Positions 8,447 through 19,532 of a DNA stretch of 37,131 nucleotides are shown one piece after another. The stretch is from positions 1-37,131 of IMG/VR virus record IMGVR_UViG_3300005805_005005; one strand, written 5' to 3'. Below the pieces are notes generated by a model. The model was given only the letters and a program-made list of their open reading frames with translations. It ran no database searches and was not told the DNA's origin. The translations under genes and the position numbers were made by a program. Source of the DNA: a virus (lineage: Duplodnaviria; Caudoviricetes). The first letter of the stretch is position 1, and each line of letters begins with the position of its first letter.

Positions 8447-9187
8447 ATGAGACTTCCAACAAATTTTATACCTGCTAATATAAACAATATACAAAATTCC
8501 TTTAGTCCTGGTAGTGGTCCATATGCAGGTAACCCTTTAGATTTTACGGGTAATGTCACAAATTTACTGACCATTTCTGCTAGTATAAACAGTAATACAA
8601 TTAATCAGCAACTCCAAACTTCATTACAATCTACGTTACCGTCGAATATAGACCAGTTATCAGACGAAGAAATTTCAAATTTACAACCACTAGTCATAAA
8701 CTCCAGTTTATCTGAAGATGCTAAGAACAGATTAAATCAAATTATAAACACAAATCCAGAAACCAGAAAAATTAATGCACTATTAAATACTGCAATTCCA
8801 ACACAAATATTCAGTGGGAGTATACCTATAGATCAGGTGCGGCAAAAGGCAAGTTTATTGGCAGAGAATTATTTAAACCAGATACCAAAAATACCAGAAA
8901 TTCCAGGACTACCTAAAATACCTCTTATTCCAACGATACCACGCATACTTCCTATAATTCCCACGTATGCACAGATAAAAAGTTATATAGATAAACGCAT
9001 AGACAATATGAAACAGAAACAACAAGAAGCATTTATAAAAGCACAAGAAAATAGAGTAGCTGAAGCAAAAAATCCTTTCACGTTCAGAGATAGTATTACG
9101 GAAGCACAGTCTAGACTACAAATGACATCACGTACAGTGGTTCAGGCTACACCACAAGAAGTTTTCAACGAAACAAACCCAGAATAA
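8447..9187 (+). CDS. Hypothetical virion-associated protein with (I/L)P-x repeats
   Basis: 246-aa ORF directly after the spike gene, containing IPKIPEIPGLPKIPLIPTIPRILPIIP. Confidence 0.65.
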   Translation: MRLPTNFIPANINNIQNSFSPGSGPYAGNPLDFTGNVTNLLTISASINSNTINQQLQTSLQSTLPSNIDQLSDEEISNLQPLVINSSLSEDAKNRLNQIINTNPETRKINALLNTAIPTQIFSGSIPIDQVRQKASLLAENYLNQIPKIPEIPGLPKIPLIPTIPRILPIIPTYAQIKSYIDKRIDNMKQKQQEAFIKAQENRVAEAKNPFTFRDSITEAQSRLQMTSRTVVQATPQEVFNETNPE

Positions 9188-9211
9188 CTTAACATTTTGA
9201 GGCATAGTATT

Positions 9212-9562
9212 ATGGATAAAGCATTATTTAGAGCGTACGTAAAAGAGTTAGTAAAAGAAACTGTGGAAGAGGAAGTTAATAAAATTCTTCCTAAATTATT
9301 AGGAGAAGCAATTTCTGAAATTAAATCTTTGCAAGAATCTACACCATCACCGGCCATTAAACCAAAATCAAAACTTTCTCGTTCTCAACTAGCAGAAATG
9401 ATGGGATTGGAACGATTTGGAGACACAATAATGGCTACGACTAAAAACGTAGGACCAGTGATGGCAACGCCCCCACAAGGAATTACCGAAGACAATCCTG
9501 CATTTCAAGCAATCAACCGTGATTATTCTCAAGTTATGAAAGCTATGGGATTGAGTAAGTAA
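9212..9562 (+). CDS. Hypothetical phage protein
   Basis: The ATG at 9212 (MDKALFRAYVKELVKE) with GAGG upstream is preferred over the TTG at 9197. C-terminus AINRDYSQVMKAM. Confidence 0.65.
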   Translation: MDKALFRAYVKELVKETVEEEVNKILPKLLGEAISEIKSLQESTPSPAIKPKSKLSRSQLAEMMGLERFGDTIMATTKNVGPVMATPPQGITEDNPAFQAINRDYSQVMKAMGLSK

Positions 9563-9563
9563 A

Positions 9564-10061
9564 ATGCCAGGAATTGGCATAACGCTTCCAATAAGACTAG
9601 GAAACACAGGAATGTTTGCACAATCACAAACGGTGGTTGAGCAAACAAAATCAAACTTTGTTAATTTAATTTTAACAAAGAAAGGAGAACGTCTCCCCCC
9701 GTCAGAAAATCTTGGTTGCGATTTGTGGAATATACTGTTCGAACCGTTAACACAGGCTACGGCGGAAAAGGCTCGTATCGCGGTTATGGATGCAGTAGAC
9801 ACATGGATGCCATTCATAGAACTTGTTGAGTTTAAAGTAAAACAATCAAACAACGAAAATGAGTTAGACATAGTATGTACGTACCGATTTAAGAGTAATC
9901 CAAATGTACAAGAAACACTACAAATTAATTTAAATACTCTAACTCAAACGTTAAACTCAACTACAAACATAGCTGATTCAAAGATGGTTACCGGAACATT
10001 TAGAAATAACGATAGAAGAAAAGTGGTTATGCCATCCAATTTACCAAATCCTTTGTTTTAG
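9564..10061 (+). CDS. Baseplate wedge subunit, gp25-like
   Basis: GITLP, NLILTKKGER, GCDLWNILFEP and WMPFIEL match the gp25/GPW pattern. Confidence 0.88.
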   Translation: MPGIGITLPIRLGNTGMFAQSQTVVEQTKSNFVNLILTKKGERLPPSENLGCDLWNILFEPLTQATAEKARIAVMDAVDTWMPFIELVEFKVKQSNNENELDIVCTYRFKSNPNVQETLQINLNTLTQTLNSTTNIADSKMVTGTFRNNDRRKVVMPSNLPNPLF

Positions 10062-10086
10062 CTAGTTTTATTTTTCGGAGCACTAA

Positions 10087-12012
10087 ATGAGTACTACACA
10101 AGAAGTCACTATACAACCAAGACCAAATGTTAAGCAAATAAATTACGTTGCAAAAACATTCACGGACTTTAGACAAAACTTAATAGAGTTTACAAAATCA
10201 TACTATCCGAATACGTACTCAGATTTTAATGAAGCATCACCTGGTATGATGTTTATTGAAATGGCTTCGTATTTAGGTGATGTGTTGTCGTTTTATATTG
10301 ATAACTCATTCAAGGAAAATTTGTTAGCATACGCAGAACAACAAGAAAATATAATAACATTAGCACAATTCTTGGGGTATAAGCCAAAGTTAACATCACC
10401 AGCTACGGTAACGGCTACAGTGTTCCAAGTAGTTAATGCCATATTGGTAAACGGTGAGTATGTTCCAAATCCAAAATATCTAGTAAAGATTGCGGCCAGA
10501 AGTAAATTTAGAAGTACAGGTACAAATTCTGTGCAATTTACTTTAGTAGAAAGTGTAGATTTTTCAAATGCATTAGGCAGAAATGTATTCGTTAATCAAT
10601 TGGATATTAGTAATAATCCTGTATCGTTTTTAGTAGCAAAGGACGCAAAGTTATTAGCAGCAGAAGAAACAACGCAAACGTTCCAGTTCTCCAGTGCTCA
10701 AAAATTTTCTTCAGTGGAGCTATCTGAAAGTAATGTAATAGGAATTATAGATGTTATAGATAGTAATGGTAATAAATGGTATGAAGTGGATTATCTAGCA
10801 CAAGATGTAGTTATGGATGATGTGGAAATTACTACAGCAAATTCCGAAACAGGAGAATTACCAACATCTATTTTAAGACTTAAAAGTGTACCTAGAAGAT
10901 TTGTTACTAAAGTCAACAAAAATCTAAAAACAGAATTGATGTTTGGGTCCGGAACAGGTAATGAAGCAGAAACGGATTTGTTAGTTGATTCTAGACAAAT
11001 AGCAAATTCTCAGTATGGAAATTTCATTACATCCGCACTAGCTAACACATCAATCAATAACATAAATTACTTAACTAGCAATGCATATGGTATCGCTCCG
11101 GCAAATTTAAGCTTAACCGTTCGATACTGGACAGGTGGAGGGGTAAATAGTAATGTTCCATCACAAACAATTACCGTTGTAGACCAAATTACAACAGAAA
11201 ATGACACTACCGCATATACCGGCGCAGAATTACAAGAATTTAATGACGCTGTAGCAAGTGTAGCAATAAAAAATGATATTCCTGCTACCGGCGGTGGTGC
11301 TGCAGAATCACTTGACGAAATAAAAGAAAATGCTTTAGCATTTTTCAATGCACAAAACAGAACGGTTACGATGGAAGATTATGTCAACAGAACATATGCA
11401 ATGCCAGCCAAATACGGTAGAGTAGCAAAAGCTTATGCTATACGAGATGAACAGATAAACAGAATACAATTATTGAATGATACTAGTTTTGTATCAAATC
11501 CTGTAAGACCTAATTCAATAAATTTATATACTCTTGGATATGATAGTAATGGTAAACTAAGCACATTAAATTCTATCAGTAAACAGAACTTGGCTAGATA
11601 TCTTGAACAATATAGAATGATGACCGATGATGTCAATATTTTAGATGCGTTTATAATTAATATAGGTGTACGTTTTGATGTGGCTATATTTAGAAATTAT
11701 AATATAAATGACGTACTTACTAGATGCATCGGAGCAGTTCAGGACTTCTTTGATATTAGAAAATGGTCCATCGGTAAACCGATAGTAATAAGTGATTTGC
11801 AGTATAAATTGGGGACGGTAGATGGAGTACAAACTGTTAATACTATTGAGATATTCAACAAATATTTATACCAAGATGGAACAGGTTATCAAAACTACAA
11901 ATATGATATAAATCACGCAACTGTAAACGGTATTATATATCCTAGTTTAGACCCAAGTATATTTGAGTTGAAATTTCCACAAACCGATATCATAGGAAAC
12001 GCTACCCAATGA
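10087..12012 (+). CDS. Baseplate wedge subunit, gp6/baseplate-J-like
   Basis: Motifs YSDFNEASPGMMFIEMASYLGDVLSFYID, LGYKP, FGSG, ATGGG..ES..EIK and QNRTVTMEDY. GGAG RBS. Confidence 0.9.
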   Translation: MSTTQEVTIQPRPNVKQINYVAKTFTDFRQNLIEFTKSYYPNTYSDFNEASPGMMFIEMASYLGDVLSFYIDNSFKENLLAYAEQQENIITLAQFLGYKPKLTSPATVTATVFQVVNAILVNGEYVPNPKYLVKIAARSKFRSTGTNSVQFTLVESVDFSNALGRNVFVNQLDISNNPVSFLVAKDAKLLAAEETTQTFQFSSAQKFSSVELSESNVIGIIDVIDSNGNKWYEVDYLAQDVVMDDVEITTANSETGELPTSILRLKSVPRRFVTKVNKNLKTELMFGSGTGNEAETDLLVDSRQIANSQYGNFITSALANTSINNINYLTSNAYGIAPANLSLTVRYWTGGGVNSNVPSQTITVVDQITTENDTTAYTGAELQEFNDAVASVAIKNDIPATGGGAAESLDEIKENALAFFNAQNRTVTMEDYVNRTYAMPAKYGRVAKAYAIRDEQINRIQLLNDTSFVSNPVRPNSINLYTLGYDSNGKLSTLNSISKQNLARYLEQYRMMTDDVNILDAFIINIGVRFDVAIFRNYNINDVLTRCIGAVQDFFDIRKWSIGKPIVISDLQYKLGTVDGVQTVNTIEIFNKYLYQDGTGYQNYKYDINHATVNGIIYPSLDPSIFELKFPQTDIIGNATQ

Positions 12013-13043
12013 GAAAACTATTAACCGCAAGTAAAGATACTACAATTTATCAAACCTATCCAACAATCAACGCAGGGTTTGATGAAATTTTAGAAATCGG
12101 CAAAATGGTCAGTGCTAGTAATCCTACGGGTAGCTACGACAGTGGTTCTGCAAGAACTCTAATTTATTTTGATTTACCAACAACAGCAAGTGTTAATTCT
12201 ACTGCAGATTATTTTTTGAATTTAAGATTAGCTAACGCATCAAATATAAAACGTAATCAAACGATATTAGTATATCAAATATCACGCTCGTGGGACGAAG
12301 GTAGTGGATATTTATATCAAACATCATATAATAACGAAGACGGTGCAACGTGGGCTCAAGCAACAACTTCAACCTCGTGGAGTTTGGCTGGAGGTGACTT
12401 TTTAACTGGAAGCACTTCTGCGAGTATACAACTAAACACATATCCACTTGAAGATTTAAGAATAGATGTAACTAACATTTTACGTCCAATAGTAAGTCAA
12501 TCATTACAGAGTACGTTTAAAGGTTTAGTGTTACAATTTCCGATTAGCGATGAAACCGATATAAATAATGAAGGGTGTTTAAAAGTATTTTCTACACAAA
12601 CCCATACGATTCATCAACCAACATTAGAAATTGCATGGGACAACCAAACTATAAGTACGGGAAGTTTATCTGCGATACCATCGGTTGACGTAAAGGTTGG
12701 TTTAACTAACCTAAAAGAAAATTACACAAAGGGTGATATAGCAAAAGTAAAACTTACTGTAAGAGACGAATACCCTTTACGTTCGTTTGACAGTACGTTA
12801 AGATATAAAAATAAATATTATTTGCCATCTTCATCATATTATTCTGTTGTAGATGTACAAAGCAACACTACGGTGATACCATTTGATAATTATTCAAAAA
12901 TAAGTACAGACCCAACTGGTTCATATATTGTGCTGGATACGTCTCCATTGTATCAAGGAAGATTTTATAAATTAAATATAAAAATAAATTATGGTGATTA
13001 TTCAAGAACAATAATCAACGACACACTGTTTAAGGTTAATTAG
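12009..13043 (+). CDS. Virion structural protein with a DNRLRE/carbohydrate-binding-like N-terminal domain
   Basis: KDTTIY..N.G.DEILEIG, RTLIYFDL, SWDEGSG, GATW, W..AGGD, IDVTNI and P.LEIAWD. ATGA overlap with the gp6-like gene. Confidence 0.65.
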   Translation: MRKLLTASKDTTIYQTYPTINAGFDEILEIGKMVSASNPTGSYDSGSARTLIYFDLPTTASVNSTADYFLNLRLANASNIKRNQTILVYQISRSWDEGSGYLYQTSYNNEDGATWAQATTSTSWSLAGGDFLTGSTSASIQLNTYPLEDLRIDVTNILRPIVSQSLQSTFKGLVLQFPISDETDINNEGCLKVFSTQTHTIHQPTLEIAWDNQTISTGSLSAIPSVDVKVGLTNLKENYTKGDIAKVKLTVRDEYPLRSFDSTLRYKNKYYLPSSSYYSVVDVQSNTTVIPFDNYSKISTDPTGSYIVLDTSPLYQGRFYKLNIKINYGDYSRTIINDTLFKVN

Positions 13044-13045
13044 AT

Positions 13046-13354
13046 ATGGCATCAATTTTATTATCCAACGAAAGTAATCCGGACGTAGGTACCACACAAT
13101 ATAAATTACCCGTAGATATTATGTTTAATAGTGCGGACGTTACAGCGTCTGCTCAAGCGTCTGTGTCCGCTTCGAGTCAAGATTATACCCAGTTTATAAA
13201 AGTTTCTAACGACGGTGAAACTATTAATATTTTTGTGGGCGACACTAAAGTAGAGGATAACGGAACAATATACTATACTCCTCTATACTCCGAAAAAATA
13301 AATTATCAAGAATGGCAGTCAAAAATAAACAAAAATTTCTTAGAGTTGAGTTAA
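13046..13354 (+). CDS. Hypothetical virion protein
   Basis: 102-aa ORF tightly packed within the baseplate operon. Confidence 0.6.
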   Translation: MASILLSNESNPDVGTTQYKLPVDIMFNSADVTASAQASVSASSQDYTQFIKVSNDGETINIFVGDTKVEDNGTIYYTPLYSEKINYQEWQSKINKNFLELS

Positions 13355-13355
13355 T

Positions 13356-14204
13356 ATGGCAAATCAGCAGAATTATACTACAAACGTAAGTACATATACT
13401 GACGCAACAAAATTTAATGCATCTCGAATCATAGGCGACATGCGAGATAATTTGCTGGAAATAGAAATTCCATCCAAGTTTGATGTTGACAACTATCAAG
13501 ATAAGTTTGTAGAGCTACATGTATATAGTTTAGCTGATAATCAACTTATTTATTCGACTACATTTGATAATATCGTAGCGGATACGTTAAAAGTTAACGT
13601 GATAACGTATGACGACGGTAGTACAAGAAACTTACTTTTTATAGATTTTTCAAAAATATCTACGTTTGATTTTCCTGTAGGTAGGTACTCAGTTACATTA
13701 AACTTTTTTTCAAAGGAAGTTGGGTCGTATGATGATAGACCGCTAGTAGTTAATAAAATTTCTCCTTCACGAACCGAAGTTGAATTACTACCTAATCCAG
13801 AAAACATAATAACGGCATATAATTTTGCACTACCGGCTATAACAACCGAGTGGGTGTTCGACGCAATGAAGCAGATATTTAATCAAGAAAACAATCAAGA
13901 TTCTAGAATACCAACGATACCAGACCCAATGTCAAAGGAATTACTACAACAGCAATTATTGACAGTATTAGCAAGTACAAATGTATACATAGATATGGAT
14001 GAGGTGTTTTCTATTACACAATCTATATTAGACATTGGATATATCAAAGCAAAAGCACGTATAGAAGAACGATTAACGTCCGATAAAAAAAGATTCACTA
14101 CTATCGAGTTGAATGATATCGTTACTTTTTCTATCCAAGAAGCATATGATGAATACGTGTTCACTAACAGTAATCAGTTAAATAGTTTAAATTATTCTAT
14201 ATAA
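13356..14204 (+). CDS. Hypothetical virion/baseplate protein
   Basis: 282-aa ORF in operon context, containing VELHVY, G.Y.V..NF and ISPSRTEV. Confidence 0.65.
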   Translation: MANQQNYTTNVSTYTDATKFNASRIIGDMRDNLLEIEIPSKFDVDNYQDKFVELHVYSLADNQLIYSTTFDNIVADTLKVNVITYDDGSTRNLLFIDFSKISTFDFPVGRYSVTLNFFSKEVGSYDDRPLVVNKISPSRTEVELLPNPENIITAYNFALPAITTEWVFDAMKQIFNQENNQDSRIPTIPDPMSKELLQQQLLTVLASTNVYIDMDEVFSITQSILDIGYIKAKARIEERLTSDKKRFTTIELNDIVTFSIQEAYDEYVFTNSNQLNSLNYSI

Positions 14205-14216
14205 GGATACGCGATT

Positions 14217-14975
14217 ATGGCTACACAACAAGATGTAAAAGCAGCGTTTAAAATTGAATCGGCATCGGTTGATGTAACTAATACGCAGTTAAGTATTAAT
14301 TATGTTCATGGGTCCACTCCATCAGAATTACCGTTGACTTTAAAAAACGTATCAAATGATTTTTTTGTAAAAGCATATCCTGTTAGTTCTACTAGTATTA
14401 TGAAATTATTTAATGGGGCAACCGAAATAAACCAGTCGTCACCGGTACTAATACCTACTGCATCTTCGCTTGACGTTTCATTACGTTTGGTAGGAGATTT
14501 AGACAGTAGACCAACATCAGTAACTTTGGAAAATTTACAATTTAATTTAATCGCAGCGAAGTATGCTGAAAAGATACAGCAAGAAACGGTAGATGAAGAA
14601 ACTACATCTGAAAACAACGCAAGAGTTAGAATAAATTGGAGACGTGAAAATGCAAATCCATCATCTAGCTTGCAATATGCGGTTACGGTATATGATGGTG
14701 ATATTAGTCGTAATACTGTTATTGTACGTGATGCTATAAATTCTACACAACAAATATCTACCCAAATACCACTAGACAAACTTATTTCCATAAGAATACT
14801 AACAAATTCTACTATAAGAAGAGCTACGTTAAAAGATAGAGAATCTGGTGCAGTTTTGGGTACACCACGAGGGCCATCCAATACGTACTATGTAACTGGT
14901 ACTAAAGAATTTTTATTCCGTAATATAAAAGTAACAGCTGATATTAATATGACAATAGAGCTATCCACGACTTAA
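14217..14975 (+). CDS. Hypothetical beta-rich virion protein
   Basis: 252-aa ORF with an AAGGA RBS, in operon context. Confidence 0.6.
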   Translation: MATQQDVKAAFKIESASVDVTNTQLSINYVHGSTPSELPLTLKNVSNDFFVKAYPVSSTSIMKLFNGATEINQSSPVLIPTASSLDVSLRLVGDLDSRPTSVTLENLQFNLIAAKYAEKIQQETVDEETTSENNARVRINWRRENANPSSSLQYAVTVYDGDISRNTVIVRDAINSTQQISTQIPLDKLISIRILTNSTIRRATLKDRESGAVLGTPRGPSNTYYVTGTKEFLFRNIKVTADINMTIELSTT

Positions 14976-14985
14976 GAGATATTAA

Positions 14986-17900
14986 ATGACGATTATAGTT
15001 AATTGGCAGAATCCTGTATTTGCGCAAAAAACTTATAACAAAGGAATTGATGGATTGGGCAACTTGTATAAAGTTGATGATACCAACTCATCACAAATTA
15101 TCTTTTTACAAGAAGACATAGAATCCATTAAAAATCAGCTCGATAACACGATTACGAGCTGGAGTAATCTTGATGGTGATGGCATATCCCTCAACTTCGG
15201 ATTACAGGGAGAAAGTTTAAGTTCAGCTATGGTTCGTAAATTAAAGCAAAGATTGAGTCAGATTTTATTTAGAACAATCAGACCCGACTATCTAACGTGG
15301 TTCCCATTCAGCGACACACAGCTTTCTGATAAAAGTAAAACAAATGTAATGCGATATATGTTGGACATATTGAGAAGCTATCAGGATGTCACAAATCGTA
15401 TTTTAAATAAAGAAACTGGGTTGGTGGTAGAGGAAGCATTACCAGAACCCATATTTGAATTACAGGACATAGTAACCTCCGCGACAACACTCAGCGTCAG
15501 CGTAACCGTAAGTGTTACTAAGGTACAGCTAAATCTATTGACCGCCCTTACCGACGCCGCTACAAATCTAGTAACATATAAAGCATTAGCATTTTTTGAT
15601 GAATCAAGAGAATATAAAACTGTATTAAACTTTGGTAACGACAATCAATATTTGGTTGAAGCATGGAGAGTATCTCCGTCCACTCCAAATGCAATACAGT
15701 TAAAACTATTATCTCCATTAAGTCCTACTACTACAATATATGATTCTGCGTTCATAGCAACCGAAGATGCAAAAACTGTAATAGATAATTCTGTAGAATT
15801 TGCGTTACCTCCTGAGGTTGACAACACTCCATCCTTACGTCCGTTCAATATAAATTATTTAACCGATGTAGAGAATAAAACTTTGGTGAATAATGTAACA
15901 TTAACTTCGTTGGGGACTATAACGGGCTCCGTAGGAGTTATTAGTTCAAGCAGAGTTTCTTACGAAGACATAGTATTCAGAAAATGGCTTACCGCTGATT
16001 TTAAATCGTCAGAATTAAACATAGACTTTACCGACTTTAATAAATTTGTACACTACGGGTCTGCATATTTACGAATAATAACATTTGCTAATAAGCTTAT
16101 AAAATTAGAAAATCTAAACACAGAAATATTAGCCAGTGTTTCAAGTAGTACCGCTGCTGCATCACTAAAAGCAGTAGAAAAAGAAAATATTATAAGAAAC
16201 TTTGACCCGTATGAACAGTTTTTATATTATACTACAGAATCTATAGCATATTCGGCTAGTGCGGATTATGCGGATGATGGAGTAGAATATTTTGCTACCG
16301 GATCATGGCCAAAGCAGTCTGATGGAACAGTATATAGCCCAACCAGTGGAGTAGTTACCGGTTCATGGTTACCTACGTTTGGAGCTATCGCTCAAAGATA
16401 CGATGAGCAAAATCAAAATTATTTGATAAGACATTTACCAAAATTTATACAAGAAGATATTAATTCTAATGATTTCTTAGTGTTTATTGGTATGTTCGGT
16501 CATATGATGGATAATTTAAAAGCGTATATTGACCAGTTACCAAATATATACTCTAAAAATCCAAACCCATTAGAAGAATTGACTATGGACCAGGTGTACG
16601 AAGTAGCTACATCATTTGGTTTAAAGTTACCAAACATAAATTCATTACAAAATTTACAATCTATCACCCAAGGTACGGGGTCTAGAGAAACTTCTTCGGA
16701 AACATGGAAGCGGTTTTTACATAGTATGATTTACTTGACCAAAACAAAAGGGTCAAGAACATCAATGGATGCTTTACTAAACACATATGGAATTAGTTCT
16801 CCAATCGTTCAAATAAAGGAAACATCAAATGCGGTAGAAGGTAACTACGTACAATCCAATGAACTGACTTATGGGTTGACATTTACATCTGCGTCAAATA
16901 CAAATATAAGAGTCCCGTTGGTATCTTCATCAATAGTTGGTTCTACTGTTCAAATTAGATTCGTACCAAACGTAAAGCAAAATAGTTCAATCATCACTAG
17001 TACGGCTGGGTGGGCTGTGGATTTAGTAAGACATCCATCTGCCTCAGTAATATCGTACCCAGAAAGATATACAGTTAATGGTCTTCTACGTACCGTAGAT
17101 TCTTCTGTGTCTAAAGCAGAGTATGGAAGAATACAAATTATAAGTGGTTCGGGAAGGACGATTATAGCATCTAGTAGTTATTTCAGACTGTTCGGGGATG
17201 ATTACACCAGTATAATGTTGAATAGCCAATCTGGTGAGTTTGCCGTAGTGCAGACCGACGGCGACCAAATATTATATCAAGAAACCGCATCATTGAGTAT
17301 ATCTTCGCTATGGAATGCAAGTACACATATTCACGTTGGGGGTAGCGGTTCAATTAAGTTAAACAATTTTGATGGGGTAGTTGACGAAATACGCGTATGG
17401 GGCGAAAACATATCTATAAATAATTTTATATCACAATCGTATGATCCTGGTTCGTATTACGGTGGTAATTATACCTCATCATACGCAAATTTATACGTAC
17501 ACGTGCCGTTCAGCCAACCACTTACATCTATTACATCTTCGGCAACTAATGAAAGTCCATATCAAAATGTTTCTATAGTACAAAACTTACCAGCAAGTGG
17601 ATTTACTACCGCATCATATCATCGATTTAACAGAACAGTAAAGCAATCGGTTCCAGTAGTGGGTGCAAAAGTATATACAAACAAAAAAGTTAATGTGGCT
17701 GCGCCTGCTACATTTGATGAAAGATTCATCGACCAAAATGATACGATAGAATTGCAACCAAAATATAGTATCAAGTCAATTGAAGATAAGAGATACACCG
17801 CTGGATTGAACACGGTGTATACTGCTTTATCTCCTGCCGATTTTACTAATCAAAATATAATGCGTACGATGGGTGTGTTGGACGTTAATAATATCATAGG

Positions 17901-19467
17901 AAGTCCTCGGTATATAAATGAGTTAAACTACGATTCGTTGAGAATCATTAAACAAAGATATTTGGAGTATTATAACAAAACAGTAAACCCAAATGCATAT
18001 ATACGATTCTTTAAGGATTTAATAGAAGCTGTATCTGAGATGGCCGACACGATGGTTCCGGCTAGAGCTAGTTTGTTAGACGGTATAGTAATAGAATCAT
18101 CTTTGTTAGACCGAAACAAAAATTACTTATTAAATGATATAGGGATAGGTGGGTATCAATCTAAGCAATTTGCGATGTGGTCATCCTCGGCATCATATTT
18201 CACTACATCTCCAATTGGTGCGTTCACGTTTGACGCAGATTACGATATAGCAACACAAGTTGTAGTAACATCGGATGTTCTGCCGTATAGATTAAGTAGT
18301 AGTATCTATACTCCATACATTCCTATGAATGATATAACGGGAATCATAGAACTTCCAGACGAAGTTGAAATAATTTCAAGTACACCACCATCGAAACTAC
18401 CACCATCAAGAAAAGTATTACAACGAATTAACGATAATACTAACCGAACATTATCTTTTGCTACGTCATCAATCGCAGATGAAAATAGTGCAGTATATTA
18501 CTTAGAAGCAGATTCAATTGGTTCATTACCAATAGCACAGTTGGTGTCTGGATATGCACGTAGCCCGTACAGAGGAATACCAACGAGCGGGTCTACTCCT
18601 GCAAGAATTGCAAGTGAAGATAATACCGTGAGGCCGTTCTATAATATTCCACCTAGACTAGATTTTACAGATGTTGGAACCACTACGTTTTTCCATAAAG
18701 ACAATGGTATTTACGCTTATGATTTATTTACAATACAAAAAACACCGTATATTGTAAAATTTGACATCACTGAATCTTCGACAGCTGAACGACTATATGC
18801 ACCTATTACGTTGTTAAGCGCATCGTCTACTACCGACCCTGCATTAAATTTTCCAGGTAGATACACGGTTACTATTCCAGCTAGTACTACACAAGGAATA
18901 ATTTTTGCATCGGAGTTATTCGCTTTAACAGGAGTGACTGGAGGCACAAGTGGAGATAGATTAAGATTATATAGAAATTCAACAGATTTAACAAACGATG
19001 CATCAAGACCATTTTCCACGGCTCCAAGTATAAATTCAGGAGTATTATTTGACGGTGAGTTGTCTACCCCATCCAGTACAGATGTGTTTCCTTATACATT
19101 AATACAAGCACCAGCATCCACCATACATTACGCAATTGACGGTACAGCTGGAGCTAATATAACATTACATTATTTCGCATATAATGCAACTCTTACTGGT
19201 CTTTTACCAACTGGGTATTTGCCGAGACATTATAAGTTTAGCAGAGACAATACTCTTGGTATAAAACGTAGAAACTATTTGGGTTGTAAAGAAACGGGTG
19301 ACGATGCATTTAAGGTGTCCGTATCATTAGGTAACACTATAATAGTCAATCCTACTGTTGGAAATACCAATGGTGGCGGTTCGGGTGGGGGAACTACTTC
19401 AGAGGGTGGTCTTCCTGAAACCGATACCATAACATTTGGTGGCGGCGGTACCTTAAATGTAACATAA
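14986..19467 (+). CDS. Large baseplate wedge-like structural protein with a LamG/ConA-like domain
   Basis: 1493 aa. LPKFIQED..FLVFIGMFGHMMD and KTKGSRTSMDALL (wedge-type KG(T/S) motif), LamG-like FDGVVDEIRVW, and a Gly-rich C-terminus. Confidence 0.65.
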   Translation: MTIIVNWQNPVFAQKTYNKGIDGLGNLYKVDDTNSSQIIFLQEDIESIKNQLDNTITSWSNLDGDGISLNFGLQGESLSSAMVRKLKQRLSQILFRTIRPDYLTWFPFSDTQLSDKSKTNVMRYMLDILRSYQDVTNRILNKETGLVVEEALPEPIFELQDIVTSATTLSVSVTVSVTKVQLNLLTALTDAATNLVTYKALAFFDESREYKTVLNFGNDNQYLVEAWRVSPSTPNAIQLKLLSPLSPTTTIYDSAFIATEDAKTVIDNSVEFALPPEVDNTPSLRPFNINYLTDVENKTLVNNVTLTSLGTITGSVGVISSSRVSYEDIVFRKWLTADFKSSELNIDFTDFNKFVHYGSAYLRIITFANKLIKLENLNTEILASVSSSTAAASLKAVEKENIIRNFDPYEQFLYYTTESIAYSASADYADDGVEYFATGSWPKQSDGTVYSPTSGVVTGSWLPTFGAIAQRYDEQNQNYLIRHLPKFIQEDINSNDFLVFIGMFGHMMDNLKAYIDQLPNIYSKNPNPLEELTMDQVYEVATSFGLKLPNINSLQNLQSITQGTGSRETSSETWKRFLHSMIYLTKTKGSRTSMDALLNTYGISSPIVQIKETSNAVEGNYVQSNELTYGLTFTSASNTNIRVPLVSSSIVGSTVQIRFVPNVKQNSSIITSTAGWAVDLVRHPSASVISYPERYTVNGLLRTVDSSVSKAEYGRIQIISGSGRTIIASSSYFRLFGDDYTSIMLNSQSGEFAVVQTDGDQILYQETASLSISSLWNASTHIHVGGSGSIKLNNFDGVVDEIRVWGENISINNFISQSYDPGSYYGGNYTSSYANLYVHVPFSQPLTSITSSATNESPYQNVSIVQNLPASGFTTASYHRFNRTVKQSVPVVGAKVYTNKKVNVAAPATFDERFIDQNDTIELQPKYSIKSIEDKRYTAGLNTVYTALSPADFTNQNIMRTMGVLDVNNIIGSPRYINELNYDSLRIIKQRYLEYYNKTVNPNAYIRFFKDLIEAVSEMADTMVPARASLLDGIVIESSLLDRNKNYLLNDIGIGGYQSKQFAMWSSSASYFTTSPIGAFTFDADYDIATQVVVTSDVLPYRLSSSIYTPYIPMNDITGIIELPDEVEIISSTPPSKLPPSRKVLQRINDNTNRTLSFATSSIADENSAVYYLEADSIGSLPIAQLVSGYARSPYRGIPTSGSTPARIASEDNTVRPFYNIPPRLDFTDVGTTTFFHKDNGIYAYDLFTIQKTPYIVKFDITESSTAERLYAPITLLSASSTTDPALNFPGRYTVTIPASTTQGIIFASELFALTGVTGGTSGDRLRLYRNSTDLTNDASRPFSTAPSINSGVLFDGELSTPSSTDVFPYTLIQAPASTIHYAIDGTAGANITLHYFAYNATLTGLLPTGYLPRHYKFSRDNTLGIKRRNYLGCKETGDDAFKVSVSLGNTIIVNPTVGNTNGGGSGGGTTSEGGLPETDTITFGGGGTLNVT

Positions 19468-19492
19468 TATGAATTTAAATCAAAATACTTTA

Positions 19493-19500
19493 TACTTATA
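19493..19500 (+). promoter_or_regulatory. Putative late promoter TACTTATA
   Basis: Intergenic, 32 nt before the ATG at 19533, with an AGGAG RBS downstream. Flanked by an imperfect inverted repeat. Confidence 0.55.
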
Positions 19501-19532
19501 GTAGATGTACTTTACTCAGGAGATTAACAAAT

